Position numbers and translations under genes: made by a program. A stretch of 64,000 nt of DNA from Cirrosporium novae-zelandiae (taxonomy: Eukaryota): the NCBI GenBank assembly GCA_026023565.1, contig JAPETS010000040.1, positions 62,001 to 126,000 of the forward strand. Reading direction: 5' to 3'. Numbering within the stretch: position 1 is the first letter of the stretch; each line of letters starts with the position of its first letter. A model generated the notes under the pieces. The model saw nothing but the letters and a program-made list of their open reading frames with translations. It was not told the DNA's origin and searched no databases. Positions 11,762 to 26,377 of this stretch are shown here, piece after piece.

Positions 11762-12234
11762 TCTGGAACGGGATATGATCTGAGTTCTAGATAACTATTC
11801 TTGGACAAAGAACGGATGGGCAATGATCAAACGAGAGGCTCTGAGGTTACTAAGGTAGCTGCAAGCTCTTTACTCCAAACCCATTATGTACCTAAGTAGA
11901 TATAAGAATGGCTGAAAGCATCTTTAAAATGATAATTACGTCGTAAAAAGCAATCTAAGATGAAAGATAACAGATAACAGATAAAATTCAGGTTCCTGAT
12001 CGCCTTGATCTGCAACCAGGTCCATTTACAGCAATGGCCCAAAGGCTGTTGGTCAAGGCGCAGATTTGCTGGTTGCGACTCTTCTTGGCATAACCCCCCT
12101 GCCCAGACAAATCATAAACTCCCAGACCTATGAAAATGCTTGTTATGGCCTCCAATTATTTACTATAACCTCATCTTCATTCTTTTCCTACATGTTAAAT
12201 TCTTAAGTGTGCGAGTATACGTTTAGTAGCGGTT

Positions 12235-13805
12235 ATGACGTCCAGTTCTAATAATTCTTCAATAAGAGCTCATGGTTCCCCCACCTCTACACGATTTCGA
12301 CGTACCAGCGGAAATACCTCCGACAATGACTTTCGGGCGGAAGAGAAACCTTCTATCTCTCACCAAGATGACGAACCATCACTCTCTGGGACTGAAAACG
12401 ATGACGAAATTTTGATTAACAAAGTGTCTGCATATCCATCCGTTCACCGGCCGCTGATTAGCTTTGCAAAAAATAAGGAAACCAAGTGGCAGATTGATGA
12501 GAAAGACCCAGAAGGCGACATTGAGGGACTCAGGAGGAAACCCTGGATGAGGGCAGCATATCCAAGATTTAGCCGCCGACCGTTAATCGACTCGATCCAA
12601 AACGTCTGGAAAACCGACCCACAATACGGACAGATCAATCCAGAGGAAGAGGAGGAGAATCTTTGTCGTCCGTGGTGGCGTTCGGTCCTAGCGGTAATAA
12701 GGAATCCAAAAGTTAGACGGTTCACCATGTGGTATCTCATACTATTTTGTGTAATTGTGACGGTATGGAGAACCTGGGGAAAAAACAAATGGGAAGAGCA
12801 CCGCCTTCTCGCCAATAGTTTGAACAAGGCTGGTGACAAAGGCTGGTGGGGATCCAACACCAAACCAATCTTCAGTGACTTGACATTGGTAAAAGATCTA
12901 GATAAGAAATACCTTCCAGGGGGGAGCAAGAAAGATGAACGAAAAAGGAGACTAGTGTTTGTTGGAGATGTACACGGATGCAAAGAAGAGCGTATGTGTT
13001 GTCTTTACTTGGCTTTGCGTACTCTATACTGATTATAGCAGTAAAACAACTGCTGAAGAAGGTTGATTTCCACACTAAATCGGACCATCTCATTTTGACC
13101 GGCGATATGATTTCTAAAGGCCCTGATTCTGCCGGTGTTGTCGACCTCGCTCGCAAACTCAAAGCTTCTGGTGTCAGAGGTAATCATGAGGATCGAATTC
13201 TACTTATGAGAAAGGATAGAAATTCTATGGCTTCCACTGTCAATCCAAATGCTTTCTTCAAAACATCTGATCACAAACATCTCGCGCGCAAACTCTCATC
13301 CGAACAAGTGGAGTACCTAAAGAGTCTACCGGTCATACTGCGGGTAGGCGAACTTTCGGGAATGGGTGAAGTTGTCGTTGTTCATGCCGGTTTAGTCCCC
13401 GGAGTTCAACTCTCCTATCAAGATCCAAGCAGTGCTATGACGATGCGAAGTCTCGATCTAGAAACCCATACACCAAGCAAAGAACATGCCAAAGGCCACA
13501 AGGACATCTGGTGGGCGAAATTATGGAACAAGTATCAGGGACGCGTTTCTAAAAAATATAGAACAACGGTTGTCTATGGCCATGATAGCAAGATGGGACT
13601 GCAGATTAAAAAATATACAAGAGGGTTAGACACGTCCTGTGTTTATGGTGGGCACTTGACCGCCTTAATTATCGAGGAAGGCAAATGGGGATACATGAAG
13701 GAGACCGTCATGAGTGTCAAGTGCAGAACCACATTCACAAATGAAAATGGAGAACCGAAAGCAATCGAAGAGATTTTAGGAGAGAGCAACATGGGCCAAC
13801 AGTAA
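12235..13805 (+). CDS. Calcineurin-like metallophosphoesterase with type II membrane anchor (Ppn2/ApaH-like)
   Basis: GDVHG, GDMISKGP, GNHE, VHAG, YGHD, LDTSC motifs; TM segment FTMWYLILFCVIVTVW; intron 12992-13041 with tandem TAGCAG acceptor. Confidence 0.88.
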
Positions 13806-14271
13806 CTAAGCTATTATATACCGACTTAAAACCTTAAAAAAAAACGAAAATAGAGGGGGAAGAAAATAGATGGGTTGGGACACTTTATCGAAGATACCTA
13901 GGGTTCAAAGTGGCTAATGGCTTTTCATGGATATTTTTATATATGCATTTCGGGGGAGTTTTTTTGAAAGCTGGATTTTTTTTTCGCGGATAACATACCA
14001 GGGACAGGACAGGGCTCCAACGGGGTTGGTACAAGCATAAGGTACATATCATTATAGTACAGAATTGCATCAGGCCCGTTTTCATTCCTAACTTTGATAG
14101 CCAATCTGATAATCTAGGGGGCTATATAATAAAAAAGGTGTATATGAGCAAAATATAAATTAACTATATTTCATGGCGAGCATTATTATTAAATCCATTC
14201 ATTATTCTAATCCCATCCCATCGCTAACTCTAGTAAATCTACACTAAGGGACTTAAAAGGTGTTTGTTTAA

Positions 14272-14317
14272 TTAATCTATAAATCCTTCTTTCCAGAATT
14301 CAACCGCCGGCAAAGCC

Positions 14318-14360
<43 letters not shown>

Positions 14361-15670
14361 AACTCTCCCCAACCCTCAAATACCCCTTATTATGCATCCT
14401 CGAAACAACGCATCTCTGCGACTTACAACCCCTCGCAAAATCGATTATCAGATGCAGGATAGAAACAACACGTTTGAGTTCATGCCTATGGGATTCCTCC
14501 CACCTTGCGAGTATGTCGCGCTGCTCCTCGCATTCTAATTTGTTCCGCGATTCCCCGCCCCCCGCCAGATTGCATTCTTTTATACCAAAGGCGTGGATTA
14601 GGGTCGGGGTTTGCGTGAACCAGGTGTATGCGTAGCGGCTTCGTTGGGGGGTATTGGAGGCGCCTAGGGTGCAGCTGAGGTCTGCGGTGGCTTCTTGGGG
14701 GATCAGGACTCCCTGGTGGTGGATATTTAGATATGATGATGATGATGATGATGATGGGTCTTGGGTATTATTGAAACTATACGGGTTGTTTAGGAGGTCG
14801 ATGGCTGATTTTGTGGTTAGCTCGGATAGATAGCCACTACACTCGTAGTTAACGAGAATGTTTAGGCCTCCGAATGCGTATTGAATGATCCTGAAATGGC
14901 TGCTCGAGTCTTCGTAGCCCCCGACCCAGCAAGAATTCTGTCTCTTGACCCTTTCATAAGCATCCTCTTCGACCTCTTTGACCTCTTCTTTTTCTTCTTC
15001 TTCGACCCGCGCGGCGTTCTGCTCCTTTTCTTCTCTTCGAATGAAAAATGCAGTCCCGTCTATGATTTCAACCTCCAATTCGAAATGGAGCCAGTCGGTA
15101 CTGTTGCGGTCTACGAAATTGTGCAGGTTGACGAGGGTTTCGGCTTCGGCTAGGAGGTCGATGGTGGTGAAGTCGAAGCTTGGGCGGAGGGCGTGTGTTG
15201 CTTGTATTGAGGGGAGGAGTGGATAGGGACATCTGGCGGCGTTTTCGTCGATGAATGTGGTTTTCTTTGCCGGGGGAGGAGTCGTGGGGGTATACCATCT
15301 GCGTGGAAGCCCTGTATACTCGTTAGTATTTTGGGGGAATGGCTTTTTGCATGGCCCACTGGCTTAGAGTATAATGATGCTTCAGGGGAAATTGCTGTAA
15401 CGCTAAAGTGAGACTGTTTCTTAAGATAAGACACCCGTGAAGCTTCTAGATGGATCAACAGAGGGTGGACTTCAGGTTCTCAATTCAGGTCACAATCATG
15501 ATTTTTTTTTCAGGGTTGGTGGGTATATATGTATGCATACCTGGGACAAGGATTGTCGTGGGCTCATCCAGCCAACTGTAAGATGCAATAACCTCCAAGT
15601 TTCGAATCCTTGTATCAAGGTGATGATCTGACTCCAGGTCTTGAGGAGTAACATCTCGAAGTTTCCACAT
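14272..15670 (-). CDS. Fungal hypothetical protein of the family often mis-annotated 'geranylgeranyl pyrophosphate synthetase'
   Basis: Exon 15670-15541 (VIASYSWLDEPTTILVPG), intron 15540-15312 (GTATGC..CTAAC..CAG), then LPRRW..FIDENAARCPYP..FDFTTIDL..SHFRIIQYAFGGLNILV; two microsatellite-encoded poly-Ser tracts. Confidence 0.75.
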
Positions 15671-17056
15671 GATTGCTATTATAATAGCCTATTCCGCCTG
15701 CTGCTAGACATCACAGTGGGATAACTGAGTGTGGTATAGGAAAAGAAAAGAAAAAAGCGCGATTTCGAGTGAAAGGGAGTTGACGCATGCTATTTAGCTA
15801 CGAGGACTTCCAAGATACGTATGACTATCTTGTCTTGAGATTTGAAATGCATAGTGAATTGTCTCAATGGATTTGAGGCCTTTGCTGTGAAACCTACCAC
15901 GCTCTAGAGAATTCCTACATTCTAGTTAGGTAAGTTGGAGTCAGCTGGTAAGGTTGATGGCTGCGGATTTGAATAGACTTGTGAATGAGCTTTCCATTAT
16001 CCAGTTCAACTGTTGAGCAGGGTGATTTGATTTTGGTTCATGTGGGTTGGACTATATATGCAGCTATGATTTCCTATGTGTTGACTGGTTTCAAATCTCA
16101 GGAGCAGGATTGGTACTAGGAATAGGTGTATAGTCAAGGATATTCTAGAAAGGAAATTAAGATGAATATATTTGCAAGTCACAGACAGTAAAAGTTCATG
16201 GAAGATATCTAACGGTAATTCCTAATTGGGATAACAAGGGCATTAGTGGTTAGGAGGAAAGACTATTTTGACATAATTATTTCATAAAAAAGTGCTTTCC
16301 TTCAGAGAATCCACTAGGTTAGACTGGCTATTGCCGGTCATTGCATAGAATACCCGAAAACCAGAAAACCAGTCAAACTAAATTGTACTTGTGAGGTGGG
16401 TAGGCTTAACGATATTTTTAACCATACTTTGACTTTGAGCGGATCAAAATCCTTGTTAGTTGGTTGCGGACCGCAACGTTGAAGTATGTCAGTGCTGGGA
16501 ATAAGTAATTTGTACTTCTTCTTTGGGATAAGCAGAACAGCATTTGTTACTCAGGATCCGTGAAATACAGCCAACTAGTCGAGCATGGTCGAAGACATCG
16601 CGGGTGATTTGCCTATCGAGGACCATACATCGTCTCACTTGTTCACATGAGCATTCATCAAGGCTAAATATTCCATCAGAGCTAACCACCCAAGTGGAAT
16701 GGCTTGGAGTGAATAGTAACATCCATTGACTTTGAAATCCGATATAGGAAAAAAGAAGAAGAAGGCTACAGCAAGGCATCAACTAATATTCCAAAATACG
16801 CCGAAAATTTGGCCCCCAATCCATTATGGATCATGAGGAGCTTAGTTGGCACCCAAGGATTTAACACTCCCTCATCTCCATTTGCTACTGGCTTGCTAGC
16901 TTGCTTACATGCATGATTACTGTTTTTAGTCCTATGGTGTCTCTTTTTATCCGTTTCTGTTAGCTACATTTATTGCTTCTGTCCCACGTTTTCCGAGTTT
17001 TTATGAGATTATGCTTTACATTATACTCTACTTTACGATATAAAACTCTAAAAGAC

Positions 17057-19169
17057 ATGGAGGACGACTATCGTAATAGGAAGCCTGCCTCTGAAGCCGT
17101 TCATGAATCTTTGATATCTTCACCGACTAGCAAGGGCCTCGATGAGAACCAAACCTTTGAAGACCATGACGACAAAAAAGGGGAGTCTGATCGAAATAGC
17201 TCTATCTTGGAGTTCATGAGCGGAGCCAGTATTTTGCGTGAATGGTGGTTCGAGATTTTGTCCCTTGGTGTTTTGTTCATTGCTCTTGCTGCCATCGTCC
17301 TCACACTCTCCACTCAACAAGGACGACCGTTGCCTCATTGGCCTTATAAGGTTTCAGTCAACACTCTAGTATCCGTCTACGCACTTGTTCTAAAAGCAGC
17401 GATGCTGCTCATTGTTACAGAAGGTATGTCACATTGCCTCCTCGATGATTTCCACTGAAGATGTCAGGTCTGAGCCAGCTAAAATGGGCGTGGTACTCGA
17501 GGAGTAGGCCACTTGAAGATATTTCAAAGTTTGATATTGCAAGTCGAAGTCCGTGGGGCGCTATTCAATTACTATGGACTCTTCGTGGACGGTATGATTG
17601 CCACCCAATTGATAATATGAGGTTGACCCAGGATTTAGCCATCTGGTCGCAACCATTGGTGCTCTTGTGATGATTGTCTCATTGATCATCGACCCTGTAG
17701 CCCAGTTACTTGTTCGCTACTATAGTTGCAACATCCAACTACCAAATATTTCTGCAAACATCCCGAGACGAAATACCTTTAGCGAGATGGGGCTCCATGT
17801 TTCTGCAGGGGTTTCTACCCTGACTTATGAGTTTCAATCCGCTATCAATGCTGGCCTGTTCAATCCGGAATCAGTTAATATTCCATTCGCGTGTCCTACT
17901 GGAAACTGCACTTTCAACCAAGAATATCATACCATAGCCTTCTGCAGTAGCTGTTCGGATCTCACACCAAACCTAACCGTATCTTGTAATCCCCATAGTT
18001 ATATATATTCTTATATCAATGGTTCATCCCCTTCGGCAAATGTGGTCAACGAAACCGAGCCAGGATGGCAATGCAACGCCACTCTACCTAGCGGATATTC
18101 TGCTGTTACAAACACCTTTCTCGATGCTGGCATCGAGTATCTTAGGACGTATGGACCAGAAGATTACAGCACGAATGTCACCATGGTTGCTGCAAACCTC
18201 ACCGATGTCTATGCTGGGAATGTTGGAAATTGTACTACGGCAGCTGAAAATGCCACTTGGTCATGTTCAGGATATGGGGCAGCCACATGCACCTTATCTC
18301 CATGCATAAAATCGTACCGCGCAACTGTCAAAGAGGCTGTTTTGAAAGAGGAGTTCCTAACTTCGTCAAGTGAATGGGAGTATGACGGCGATAGCTATGC
18401 TATAGCGAGTATAGATGTTGAGTGCTTATCTCGGAGGGAGCGTCAAGCTCTAATTGAAATTGGATACAACATCAATGACACGACCAAATGGATTGGGTAC
18501 CGCGGGAGTGGCTATTTCGGAAATGCAACAGATGAAACGAAGTCAAGCAACAATGTTCCGAATGTCACAGTGCCTGCCAAATGCCTGTATGAAGTCTATA
18601 CACCTTCAATTATGAGCTTGGGAAATTTTATGGGCTCATTTTTCAATGGCTCTGTCACGAATGATCCAAATTGGTACTACTCATATGTCACCGCAGGACC
18701 TGTCCAGCTCCAAAAATTCTTCGACACCGGAAATATTTCTTTCGAGAGTATCAACACCACCTTCTCTGACATTGCTGATTCCATGACAGCATATCTCCGC
18801 CAGAGTGCCAAACCAGGCAATACTGGGTTTTTGAGTTTGGAGAAAGGCGACACTACTCCTGCCGCTGGTCAAGTCTACAGGGTCGAGACTTGCATCAATG
18901 TCCGATGGTGGTATATAGCACTGCCTGTAGTGTTGGTCATTCTGACCGTCCTCTTTCTTGTTGCAATGCTCGCTGAAGCGAGAAACCACAACAGGGGAGA
19001 TGATTGGAAGTCTTCAACTCTGGCTCTCATCTTTCACGGTTTAGATTCAGAGACACGACATCAGTTTGGTGAATTGGAGAGAACCGAGGAAATGACTAGG
19101 GCGGCGCAACAGATGCGCGTTCAGTTGCAGAAAACTGATCATGGTTGGGCGTTTGTAAAGACGGATTGA
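17057..19169 (+). CDS. DUF3176-like membrane glycoprotein
   Basis: WWFEILS..WPYKVSVNTLVS..EGLSQLKWAWY..FDIASRSPWGA..DPVAQ..CPTGNCTF..VRWWYIALP..WKSSTLALIFHGL; introns 17424-17467 and 17592-17638. Confidence 0.85.
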
Positions 19170-19592
19170 TCCTTTACCTTTATCACATAAATTAGGTTAT
19201 GGAAGCACGTGTCTTCTTGGTCGAGTAGTTACGGAAACTAAGGGTTTTTTTTTTGAATATATCTTTGGAAAGGTATAACGACTTGGGTTTAAATAGGTGC
19301 TGTGATAAGACATACGTTGGTTATAATAAATGCTAGATAATACCAATTTTAAATTGTTTTTGTTGCCTTAAAGAATTAAGGATATTTATGAATTTATCCA
19401 AATCAAGAATTGAAGGGCGAAAGTACTTTTCTACATGCTGAGGTCAAATTCCGCGTCATCTTACCTATGCTCGTCACGTACAATAATATGAAGTATCCTT
19501 GCACGTGTTAATTAAGTGCGTGCATCCAAAACCACTACACCCTGACGTAGTATTGGCTCCTAATTTTCAATCGATTTATCTACACAACCATA

Positions 19593-21525
19593 ATGTCTTG
19601 GAACACTCCTTCGATGCCTCCTGCTCGAAATCTACCTGCTTCAGAGGACCTTGTTTCCCTCTATGCTTCCATCGAAGCACTCCCTCATGCATCCTTAGTC
19701 TCGGTCTTGAAGAACATCTGTGCTCGTTCCTTCAATGCTCGTCTCGAGACTGTGTTTGAACTTTTATTACAACCTCCAGTTTCTATGAGTGATGAAGAAG
19801 CTAAGGAGTTTTTCAGAAAAGAGGGCGAAAGACAGTCGGGTGCAAATAGTCAACAACCACAATCTACGATTCCTAATGAAACCCCTTCAAAAGAGCCGCA
19901 AGCTAAAACGGCAGACTTATTGTCACCACCACAAATGCAAGATGATCCGGTTAATCAATCTTTCTCCAAGTCGAGATACGATCAGCCGGCCATCTCCGAG
20001 GACAAAGATGAGGGAAAACCCACACCATTTCAGGATTATATACGGAGGGTCTATGACCCCAAAAATAGAATCTCTCGAGTTTCTATGGATGATACAACTA
20101 CAAAATTGGATAAATTAATTAAAGAATACAAAGGCTCGGATATGGAAAATGACCAGAAGTGGGAAGACTATCCATTACCTCAGGAGTTGTTAGCAACTGA
20201 GCGGTATAAAGAGATGGTACAAAAGGAAATACGAAGGTTACAACTGTCTACTACTCCCAGGAACACAAAATCGGGACAGACACCACTTCAAAAGTATATA
20301 TTGAAAGCATATGCACCAGAGAATAAGATTGCTAGTTTCTCTTTGGAAGAAATAACGGAAAAGATGATCACATTGATTAGAGAGACTCGCGGTACCGATA
20401 TCGAAAATGATAGAAAATGGATTACCTTGCTACTGCCTCAGGAGATGATTAGCGAGGAATGGCAAGAGTTCTGGACGCAGGTGAACAAACTACTAAGGCG
20501 AGGGCATGAACGCATTTCATCCTCTATTATGATAATATTTCAAGAGTTGAATGGGAAGAAGAAGCGTGTATATCTTCAAGATTTACAGAAATATCTCCAC
20601 ATGGGGGAAGATCTCGCGGATGCCGCAATCATAGCACTAAACGAGTCATTGAAGTTTATTCCAGACCCTTCGCCTGCTTTGCGAGATGCGAGAAGCTACC
20701 TACTTTCGCAGTCTACAACCCATCCTGTTAAGACGCTGGGAACAAGCATAAACGGGGGATCTAAACCAAGATTGGCCGAAACATCTAAGAAGAGAAGGTG
20801 GGAAGATGAGGTCAGTGAACATGCCCTTAGTATACCTATAATGATTTTTTGACACAATCCAGGATGATTCCAATGATATGCAACATACGGATATCATCGA
20901 TACCCCAAGTCGAGACTCTCGCCGCAAACATGCCAGTTCACTAACCAATAGCAATTCTGCTGATAACTATACCCCAAGATCCTTTAAGCAAGCACGCACT
21001 CAGACACCTATAAAAACCTCTTCTACGATTGGAATTGCACATGCTAGTAATATACAAGGGCCCCCAAGACCATCTCCTCGTTTTAAAGCAACCCAAGAGT
21101 CACCTGCTATTGCATCGTCTTCATCATCGCCCCATAAATTTACTCTTTCTGATGCCATAGACTACCGGTCTCTTTCTGACTACTCACCTCCCACTGATAG
21201 CCTAGATAAAGATTTAAAGACTTTCGGTGTGAGATGGCCCGAACATCCTAAAGATCTTTCTGATGACCCCGATAAAGATTTGCTTCACCCTGCAGAGCTT
21301 GACTTGGCTTCACGACTTCGTTTCAAATGTGACTTCTACTTACTCCAAAAAAGACGCCTCTTTATAGCTTTCGTCGAATTCTTGCGTGCTGACAAGGAGA
21401 ATTTTCGAAAGGCTGATGCGCAACGTGCTTGCCCCGGAATGAATGCCAACAAGCCGGGTAAATTGTGGGATGCCTATGATAAAGCCGGATGGCTAAATCG
21501 CAAGTGGTTTGAGAAATATCTTTGA
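19593..21525 (+). CDS. SWIRM-domain protein (Fun19/Yor338w-like C-terminus) with unusual N-terminal region
   Basis: Intron 20811-20862 joins two ORFs; C-terminal LHPAELDLASRLRFKCDFYLLQKRRLF..FRKADAQRAC..NK..KLWDAYDKAGWL. Confidence 0.8.
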
Positions 21526-23639
21526 GTAGCTCCTGAAGGGTTCCCAACACTACCTTAGAGTTGATAACATATGGGCTATTTTCAAATATTTTCTATATAT
21601 ACTGGATATATATTTTCGAGAACCATAGTTCGGGGGTATCCTTTGGTGAACATTTTCTAAAAAGCCGCCTAAGAATAACAACGAGAGGGATGCGTCTCAG
21701 CTAGAGCAGCGAATACCTTGCAGAACGAGTTGCAGTCCTAGCCTTGTCGAATCAGAAAGGATGCCAGATTCAAAGAATAACAAAATAGGGCTTTCAGTCG
21801 GTATAATCCGTCATTGAATACTGGCGATTATATCAACATACCCTCTCCTTGTGATGATGATAATGTGTTTTATTGTCCGCATGCCGTCTTTAGATTATGG
21901 CAGACATATGCCGCGTCCTCGTATTACGAAAGCCTTGGATAATATCAATATTGACATTGGAGAAACAGGATTTACTAAGGCTACACTGTTAGATCTGAAA
22001 GATACACCAGGAAATAGAGGAAGTCTAAGAGATTGACTAATATATTCCCCTCCCAACATCAATCCGTTGGTACATACTAGAATTTTGGGTAAGATAAAAA
22101 GCATATTTATCAACTATGTTCGATAACCTCCGGTTTCATGGAACGGTTTGTGGCCAAAAGCGAAGCCTGCCTCCATTGATGCCCGGTAAACATAATATAC
22201 CAACTTTCACTATATATTAGAACATTTAAATAAAGCATGCTAGACATCTCACGAGTCTGACGAGGATTTATACCTCGCGCATTCCTCAGCACTCACGTAT
22301 ATAGGAATAGTGAGGCATGGGGTACCAGAACACGTATCCTGCTGTGTTGAATCCTTTTTCGTTAGATGATGGTACCATGTTCATCCACGTTGAGAGAATG
22401 ATCCGGCCTAGTTCCTTACCAGAAAGTTGCAATCAGATGGATGTGATATCACTATTCTATACTTTTTTTCTATGGCAATCGGATATGGTAGTTGATAGAT
22501 AGATAGATAGATATGTTTCTATAAAGGTGGCCTTTTGACGTGTATTTTTCTGGACTAAATAGTCCTTCCCTCCTGGATGACTGTGGATGCGTCTACTATG
22601 AAGCTTACATGTCAGAGTATACTATAAAGAGACACTTCGTAGTAGTTCCTGCTAGAGATTCACATGATCAGGCTATTCAGCGGCTTCGCTAATAAACAAT
22701 ATTCGGTGTCCCTTGATTCTCCGTCGGAATTTTTTTTAAATCAACCTCATACTAGATTTGATCCAATTCGCAGTCTATGAAGCTCATTCAATTAACGGAC
22801 CACTCCTTTTCACTGTTGCCTGCTACGCATGAATTGTAATCAGGCTCAGCGACATCGATCTTTTACTGGTTATGTTTGCCACGCTGTCTGCACACCGCTC
22901 AACAAAATGACAAAAAAAGGAGATCAACGACAGACCAATTTTCATACACGGAACCAGCAAAATTTCATGATATTGCGTCAACCGTGAATCGAACACGGAC
23001 CTCTTCCTCGCAGCTGCGAGAGATGGAAGGGAAGAATCCTAACCATTGGACCATTAACGCTATCTATTGAAAGACTGACTGCCAAATTTAGTATCTAACT
23101 GGAAGAAGTGCGGGAGAGTTACCGGCATTCGATTATCTCACCGCAGGTGTCCGTGTACCACCACCTGATTACGCCCGAGAGATTCTGATACAAAGGCCTT
23201 AATATGACTTCTGATTCGAAAGCAAACTACGAAAAAAAGTCCCAGAATATTCCCCCACCATGGGAACTCGGATCTTCATATCCTTTGTTCCATCATATTT
23301 CATCCTGCGTGGACCTTCCACAATGAGCCTTAGCTATATGAAAACCGATTATTGGCCGGTGTGGGGAAAGATATTACTTAATATTACCTAACGTCACTAC
23401 AAACTTATTGAAATCGTTAGCTTTCGCCTCCCACGTTAAGGAGTAGATGAAATGAGGATTTTTTGTTTAAGCTCACCTCTTTTCTTCTATTTGTACTGAT
23501 GTAATAAGCCTGTTTATCTATTCTTATTTACCTTTAATTGCATATGATGAAAAGTGTTTCTGTGTACAGAATTCCTTTCAACACTTGCTTCGACCGTTTA
23601 AATTTTATTTCGTGTATAGTTTGCGGAGAATAATAAGCA

Positions 23640-25159
23640 ATGGCACAGGATATTCCAGTGGTAAGGGTTTTGCGCAGACGTTCGACTTTTTTTAAATAAT
23701 ACCAGTGAGGATTACTGACCGAGTTCTATACATACATATAGGCAGCAAATGTTTTAGGGGTGAGCCTTATCCTGTTAAACTTCCCAATAACATAGCATGC
23801 TGCTGATATTTGCCACTTTAGACGATTGGGACAATGTGAGCATATCGAAATAAACTTAAACAGGCATTAGCTGATTACTAGGGAAAAGATGCTGGTGTGT
23901 ACAGGTAAGCAGAAATTACGATTTAATGGCATGTGAATGTAGCTAACAGTCCATAGCTTATTCCACAGTATGTTACCACCCTCTCAGGAACCACTAGCTA
24001 CGTCAGATTGCTGACTAGTTACAGAATATGGACCAATTGGAGAACCAAAGAGACTGAGGGACTACCCTCTCTAATGATGTTTATTTGGGCGGTTTGTGAG
24101 AGACCTCCTGGACCCCCCGGAACCTTACCATGACAGGCGACTTATCACTTGATAGGTGGTGTGCCCTTTGGCGTATATGCTATAGTCCAGGTATGCATTG
24201 TCGACACTCATATCATAACTGACCTAACAACATTAGGACCTCAACATCCCGATACAAATCCAGCCGCAGATATTCGGATGCTTGACCCTCGTTTCGTGGG
24301 CTCAAACTTTGAAATACCAGGGGTAGTTCTCTCATAGACAATTCCATGCTAGCTTCAACTAACAGTCCACAGAAAATGGTCAACATGTAAGGCAACAGGA
24401 ATCGCCGTTCTTTGCGCTCTATTATTTGGCGGCACTGAAGCATTGTTGATACTTACACTTCGGGTATGACCTTATTATTTAGAATAAAATGGGGCGCATA
24501 ACTGATTCGACTTAGGGGCCCTATCATCGAGGGATAACCTGGCCTATTACATTAATTGGAGGTATTGCTGCATTCCTGCTTGCTATAGGCCTCTTGCCCC
24601 CATATTTCGAATTGGCTAAACGGAGAGGGCGAGTTGTTGGAATAAGTATGTTCACTAGTATCTTGTGGGGATATGCATAGGCTGATGGTTGATAGATTTC
24701 CTATTCTTGACTGTTGACTGGAGTGGAGCATTTTTCTCTTTGCTATCATTAGGTATGTGCTCGCATCAGGGTTTAAATTTCAGTGTGTCCTCACACGTGC
24801 TCAGCTGCCCAGCATAGCTTTGATATCATGGGAGGAATCCTTTATATTCTCTGGTATGGAAGCATCCTCTCCCCTGGGTCATCCTCTAAAAGCTGATCCG
24901 TATTAGTATTCTGCTTGAGCTTGGCATATTTACATCGCAGTTCATTTGGCTCTTTCGAACCCGGGGAATTCGCAAACGTGCCAAAGAGGCCGGTGTCCCG
25001 TTCGATGAATTCCCCGAAGCTCAAGAATTCCAGAATAAAGGCCGCAAGAAAACCATGGAAATATCGGGGCCTTCGAGTGCAGTGGATCTTGAGCTTGGCA
25101 AATGTGACAATAATGAACAGATGCAAGACTCCGATGAAGGAGGCAAAGAGAAACGGTGA
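23640..25159 (+). CDS. PQ-loop repeat membrane protein, 13 exons
   Basis: Manual splicing gives MAQDIPV|AANVLG|TIGTI|CWCVQ|LIPQ|IWTNWRTKETEGLPSLMMFIWAV..GVPFGVYAIVQ..IQIQPQIFG..LLPPYFELAKRRGRVVGI..; all 12 introns GT-AG; not in the ORF track. Confidence 0.9.
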
Positions 25160-25975
25160 TGGACTAGTCTCTTGCCTTATTTCATGGATCGAGCCACGTT
25201 GATGCTTGAGGTAGCATCGGCATAACACGATCATGCTTGTTGAAGCGTTTCAATATTTTGACCTTAGAATATCACCACCACGGCAGCCAATATTATTCAA
25301 ATCCACCAGTTTACCCAGCATGCACGGCTTGTGGTCTTAGCCGAAGATGGGTTATACGGTTCCCACACAAGCAACTGCAATGGTCGAATATTCTCATGGG
25401 TGACCAAACAAAACCAAGAGCAAGTTACAATGAATGAGGGCCGGAAGCATCGGACAATGAAGTCTAATAATGAAAAGAAATGGAGATGGATGCGGTTAAA
25501 TGGATAAAAAAATGAGGCGTTGGGAGGCTCTCGGCCTATCTACAGCAAGCAAACGGACCCAATCTTGAAGTTTAACAGTAGTGGATTGGGTGGGTGGAGG
25601 GGGGACTGGAGGATTGCGGGATCAATGAACTTGAAAAGGTATATCGGGGAGTAAAACTAGCAGGGGAGACAAGTCGATGAGGATCAAATAACTATCAAAT
25701 TCAAATTCTATCGGGTTATATTACTGGAAGAGAAATGACCAATTAACATAAGGATAATTAGACCTCGAAGGACCTGGATAACCCCTGGTGAGAGGAAGGA
25801 AATTCAACGGATCCCCCAAGATTAGTGCGAATCAATGTTGCCGAATAAACGAGGCATCCTTTGGGGCCTTTGGGGGTCTTTGGGGGGGGAAGAGACGAAT
25901 AGTCTACTTGAAAATCAACTGCAAGACATACATTCACACTATGTAAACAGACCATGGCCATAGCTCTTTGGGTTT

Positions 25976-26010
<35 letters not shown>

Positions 26011-26377
26011 GAGTATTATTAGTATTATTAGTACTCTGTAGTATTAATGCAGATGAAATAGTTGAATTTCTTGAATTTATTCTTCAACATCTCCTTCTCT
26101 TTTATCTATCTACCTAGGTACTTTTGTTGTTGAGACAGAAGCGAATTGCGACCGGCCAACTAAAAGCGGCCGTGTACCATAACAACAACAGAGAGGATTA
26201 CTTGGATTACATTAATTATCTGGTTTTCTCTTGTGAACCTTTTTGGTCCGCTCTTCCGCGCGCTGTTCAACTCTCCTTTCCTCGAGGTCCGCCCTCGTCG
26301 ACATTGTCGACCTGGAAGTCACAGAGGAAAATGTTCCGGAGAAGAAGATTAGCCCAATAGCCTTTCTGGGAGGTGCG

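Noticed and set aside
23661..23741. TAATACCAGTGAGG resembling the TPP riboswitch 3' half
   Set aside because: No CTGAGA element and no pairing partner for the P5 stem
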